From a virus, in IMG/VR virus record IMGVR_UViG_3300045988_061090: a DNA stretch of 44,782 nt; one strand, written 5' to 3'. Below the pieces are notes generated by a model that was not told the origin of the DNA, made no database searches, and was given only the letters and a program-made list of their open reading frames with translations. Position 1 is the stretch's first letter. Each line of letters opens with the position of its first letter. The position numbers were made by a program, and so were the translations under genes. Positions 42,266 to 44,782 of this stretch are shown in pieces.

Positions 42266-42676
42266 ATGCAGGAATTAGAGAAGATTCTGGAAGAGATAGA
42301 TAAGGAAATTGCAAAGGAACGTGCAATATGCGAAGACTTGGAAGATACACCTGGATGGAGGTTGTACGAAAAAACGATGAATAGAGCAAAAGACATCATC
42401 CGCAAGCATATGAATGATGGTAACGACATAAATGTCACTGCCAAAGATGATGGCTGGATTCCGGTGGAAAAACGACTACCAGAAAAGAAGGACGTGTATC
42501 TTGTAACCTATCATCCGTGTTATTGGGATAATGTGCATCCAGACATAGCGATAGGAATTGACACATTTAGAGGAAAGACAACGTGGGCAAAGAAAAAATT
42601 TCAGAAAGTAATCGCATGGAAGCCACTTCCAGAGCCATACCGCCCGGAAAGGAGAAAAGATGGACAAGCTGATTAG
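42266..42676 (+). CDS. DUF551-like protein
   Basis: It shows the GWIPVEKRLPE...VIAWKPLPEPYRPE pattern. Confidence 0.6.
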   Translation: MQELEKILEEIDKEIAKERAICEDLEDTPGWRLYEKTMNRAKDIIRKHMNDGNDINVTAKDDGWIPVEKRLPEKKDVYLVTYHPCYWDNVHPDIAIGIDTFRGKTTWAKKKFQKVIAWKPLPEPYRPERRKDGQAD

Positions 42677-42941
42677 TGCAGAAAAACTAATACAAAATAT
42701 AAGAAAACGATCATACATAGACAAGGCATTAGCAGAAATATTTGAAACAATAATTGAAGAGCAGCCTGCCGATTTTGACAAGGAAAAAGTGATTAAATAC
42801 TTATCCATCCGAAAACACGTAGCAGAAGAAGATGCAGCACTTTATGACGAAGTGGGTGATACCAATAGAGCGCACTTAAAAGATACGATTGCAAGATGTT
42901 ATAAAAACGCGATAGAGATTGTTGAGAAAGGCGGTGTTTAA
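42660..42941 (+). CDS. Hypothetical protein, paralogue of 43143..43409
   Basis: It shares FDKEKVIK and AIE(I/V)VEKGG motifs, plus a 23-nt identical stretch, with the downstream gene. Confidence 0.5.
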   Translation: MDKLISAEKLIQNIRKRSYIDKALAEIFETIIEEQPADFDKEKVIKYLSIRKHVAEEDAALYDEVGDTNRAHLKDTIARCYKNAIEIVEKGGV

Positions 42942-42943
42942 GC

Positions 42944-43141
42944 ATGGAAGAAATCAAATTAAAGCCGTGTCCGTTTTGTGGAGGCGAGGCATTTATACAT
43001 GAGATTTGTGAGGATTTTCTCGGTGTGGGGTGGAAACAAAGAGGATATGCTGTGGTTTGTAAGAAATGTCATTCATCTACGGAGTATGACGAAAATAAAG
43101 AAAAATCAGCAGCAGCATGGAACAGGAGGGCAGGTGAATAG
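42944..43141 (+). CDS. Lar-family restriction-alleviation-like zinc protein
   Basis: The pattern is LKPCPFCGGEA...CKKC...AAAWNRRA. Confidence 0.6.
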   Translation: MEEIKLKPCPFCGGEAFIHEICEDFLGVGWKQRGYAVVCKKCHSSTEYDENKEKSAAAWNRRAGE

Positions 43142-43142
43142 A

Positions 43143-43409
43143 ATGAGTGATGATTTAATCAGCCGGAAAACGGTTATAGCTGCTGTAGACAGGCACACAA
43201 GAGAAGACGGCACTCTTGATGATGATATTTCTGTGATTTTAGAAGAAGTCAAGACAATTTTTGACAAGGAAAAAGTGATTAAGGAATTAAAAAGTCTGGC
43301 AGAAGATTCAAGAAAGTATTGGAGTAAATTTGATGATGAGGACGCTTTCGGAGAAATGAATGCATATACAAGGGCGATAGAGGTTGTCGAGAAAGGCGGG
43401 ATTGAATGA
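43143..43409 (+). CDS. Hypothetical protein, paralogue of 42660..42941
   Basis: ATG 43143. 88 aa with the shared motifs described for 42660..42941. Confidence 0.5.
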   Translation: MSDDLISRKTVIAAVDRHTREDGTLDDDISVILEEVKTIFDKEKVIKELKSLAEDSRKYWSKFDDEDAFGEMNAYTRAIEVVEKGGIE

Positions 43410-43576
43410 GCAAAGGAATTATTGTGGTGGATGTGCCGGAAAACTGTAAGAAATGCGAGTACAGATTGACAAATGGATATTGCATACCATCCAGAAAGGA
43501 TATATTTAAATTTGCACTAAGCGACCAAAAGCCAGATTGGTGTCCGATAAAGCTGATGCCGGAAAAGAACTTGTAA
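43406..43576 (+). CDS. Cys-rich 56-aa protein. It may be a frameshifted or truncated form of a longer protein.
   Basis: Hand translation gives MSKGIIVVDVPENCKKCEYRLTNGYCIPS...PDWCPIKLMPEKNL. The -1 frame continues as ..KELVKIGWNACIDEILGKE up to TAG 43619-43621. Confidence 0.45.
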   Translation: MSKGIIVVDVPENCKKCEYRLTNGYCIPSRKDIFKFALSDQKPDWCPIKLMPEKNL

Positions 43577-43627
43577 AGATTGGCTGGAACGCCTGCATTG
43601 ACGAAATTCTAGGAAAGGAGTAGTCAA

Positions 43628-43921
43628 ATGAGTGTACGCGATACATACTTAAAAGATTACGGACTATCAGAAGAGGATGTGGGAAAAATTGTCTCATATT
43701 GCCGCAAAGCGAAAGACTATGAACAGCGCTTGCTATTAGAGGCAGCGCAGGATACATACCCGGAGATTGCGCCGTATCTTTTCCTGAATCTTACAACGGG
43801 AATTGGCTATGATCGCATGGGTAATATTCCGATGCAGCGGAAAGATTTTCAGGGCTATCGGCGCAAGACGATAGAGACGTATAACAGGTATATGATACTG
43901 AATGGGAAACAGATTGTGTGA
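43628..43921 (+). CDS. Hypothetical protein, a late-regulator candidate by position only
   Basis: 97-aa ORF with RBS AAAGGAG. It lies upstream of the packaging module. Confidence 0.45.
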   Translation: MSVRDTYLKDYGLSEEDVGKIVSYCRKAKDYEQRLLLEAAQDTYPEIAPYLFLNLTTGIGYDRMGNIPMQRKDFQGYRRKTIETYNRYMILNGKQIV

Positions 43922-43936
43922 GGAGCTGAAAAAAAT

Positions 43937-44365
43937 ATGGCAACTAGAAATATTTTACATATCAGTAAATTACAGGAGTTTGAAGATTTCCTAGAAACAA
44001 AAGGTTACATGATTGTGGCAACAAGCAAGAACCCTTATGAGATTTTGAGGGCGCAAAAAGACGGTGATACAATTATTGTCTACCAAAAGAAAGACTCTAA
44101 GGAACATCTGTCTACGATGGACAAGGACTATAGGTTTGTACGGGAGTTTATCAAAAGTCAAAGGAAACAGAGTAATGCTGACCGGATTAGAGAAATGTCG
44201 GATAAAGAAATGGCGAAGTTTCTTTCAGAATTTAGTGCTTGTCAGGTATGTGAATACTACAATGAAGAACATTGCGATTGTGGTGCAAACATTAATTTCA
44301 CCTGTGTAAAAGCGTATGCAGAAGCAATTATTGGGGATTGGCTGAATAAGTCTGTGGAGGCTTGA
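43937..44365 (+). CDS. Hypothetical protein with C-terminal Cys cluster
   Basis: 142 aa containing CQVCEYYNEEHCDCGANINFTC. Confidence 0.5.
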   Translation: MATRNILHISKLQEFEDFLETKGYMIVATSKNPYEILRAQKDGDTIIVYQKKDSKEHLSTMDKDYRFVREFIKSQRKQSNADRIREMSDKEMAKFLSEFSACQVCEYYNEEHCDCGANINFTCVKAYAEAIIGDWLNKSVEA

Positions 44366-44366
44366 T

Positions 44367-44432
44367 TTGACTTCGAAAGTGTAAAAACTATAAAATATGG
44401 GTACAACGACACCACCTCACATGCGGTAAAAT
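44367..44432 (+). promoter_or_regulatory. Promoter region upstream of terS: a sigma-A-like TTGACT-16-TATAAA plus the second copy of AAATATGGGTACAAC-N17-GGTAAAAT
   Basis: The -35 is at 44367-72 and the -10 at 44389-94. The shared motif lies at 44393-44407 and 44425-44432. Confidence 0.45.
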
Positions 44433-44466
44433 ATAATTAAGAATACTGTGTGTGGGGTGAGTTTGT

Positions 44467-44782
44467 GTGACAGAAAAGCAAAAAATATTCGCAGATGAGT
44501 ATTTAATAGACCTCAATGCCACACGGGCTTACCGTGTAGCATATCCAAATTGTAAAAAAAATAGTTCTGCCGATGCAGCGGCGAGAAAGTTACTCGGAAA
44601 TACTCGGATTAAAAATTACATTGACGAAAAATTGCAGGAAATTCATGACGAAAAGACCGCTGATATAAAAGAAGTTATGGAGTACCTTACATCTGTTCTT
44701 CGCGGAGAAAGTGAATCAGAAGAAATAGTTGTTGAAGGTGTTGGAGATGGATGTAGTGAAGCAAGAACAATGAAAAAAAAAC
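44467..44782 (+). CDS. terS: Terminase small subunit, 5' portion (continues at 1..227)
   Basis: GTG 44467 follows GGGGTGA. The N-terminus TEKQKIFADEYLIDLNATRAYRVAYPN carries the small-terminase HTH signature. The full length is 147 aa when joined across the junction. Confidence 0.8.
   Translation, partial: MTEKQKIFADEYLIDLNATRAYRVAYPNCKKNSSADAAARKLLGNTRIKNYIDEKLQEIHDEKTADIKEVMEYLTSVLRGESESEEIVVEGVGDGCSEARTMKKK
44684..44782. repeat. Terminal direct repeat, copy 2 (identical to 1..99)
   Basis: See copy 1. Confidence 0.9.

Overview
This window is a complete, circularly permuted genome of a temperate siphovirus-type phage or prophage. The first 99 nt (1..99) are identical to 44684..44782, which gives a unique length of 44,683 bp, and the small-terminase gene is only intact when read across that junction. 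The protein families suggest a Gram-positive, Clostridia-like host, but that is inference.

Gene order:
- Packaging and head, + strand: terS, terL, portal, a phiLC3-type holin-like gene, and an SPP1 gp7/Mu F-like head morphogenesis gene.
- Accessory island at 4.7-10.5 kb, wedged inside the head module. It holds a papain-like protein, CxxC mini-proteins, a sigma region-4-like HTH, Q-rich proteins, a Gly/Trp/Cys-rich membrane-protein gene split by a group I intron carrying a GIY-YIG homing endonuclease, a BclA-C/C1q-like protein, a Cys-rich KTR zinc ribbon and a tRNA with anticodon UAU.
- Remaining structural and lysis genes: scaffold, major capsid, connector and neck, major tail, chaperones, tape measure, Dit, Tal with a C-terminal S74 self-cleaving chaperone domain, a 1278-aa fibre with a tandemly duplicated distal module of about 520 aa, and a five-domain endolysin.
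- Minus strand: a four-gene moron operon, an AT-rich attP-like region, a tyrosine integrase, a type I toxin-antitoxin locus (26-aa holin-like toxin with a convergent sRNA), and a lysogeny operon (CI-like repressor, ImmA-like protein, membrane-anchored Mrr-type nuclease, Zn-ribbon/DUF4352).
- Genetic switch: face-to-face consensus promoters with 16-bp palindromic operators.
- Early genes, + strand: Cro-like protein, several single-TM micro-peptides, Sak4-like ATPase, DUF669 protein with an SSB-like tail, ERCC4 nuclease, replisome organiser with embedded iterons, primase-helicase, MazG-like protein, DUF551 protein and a Lar-like protein.

The most interesting items are the intron-split cargo gene and its surrounding cargo operon, the type I TA locus, the convergent-promoter switch with duplicated antisense-embedded membrane-protein genes, the in-gene iteron origin, and a bipartite motif shared by two putative late promoters. 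All family assignments come from motif recognition by eye. No database search was run.
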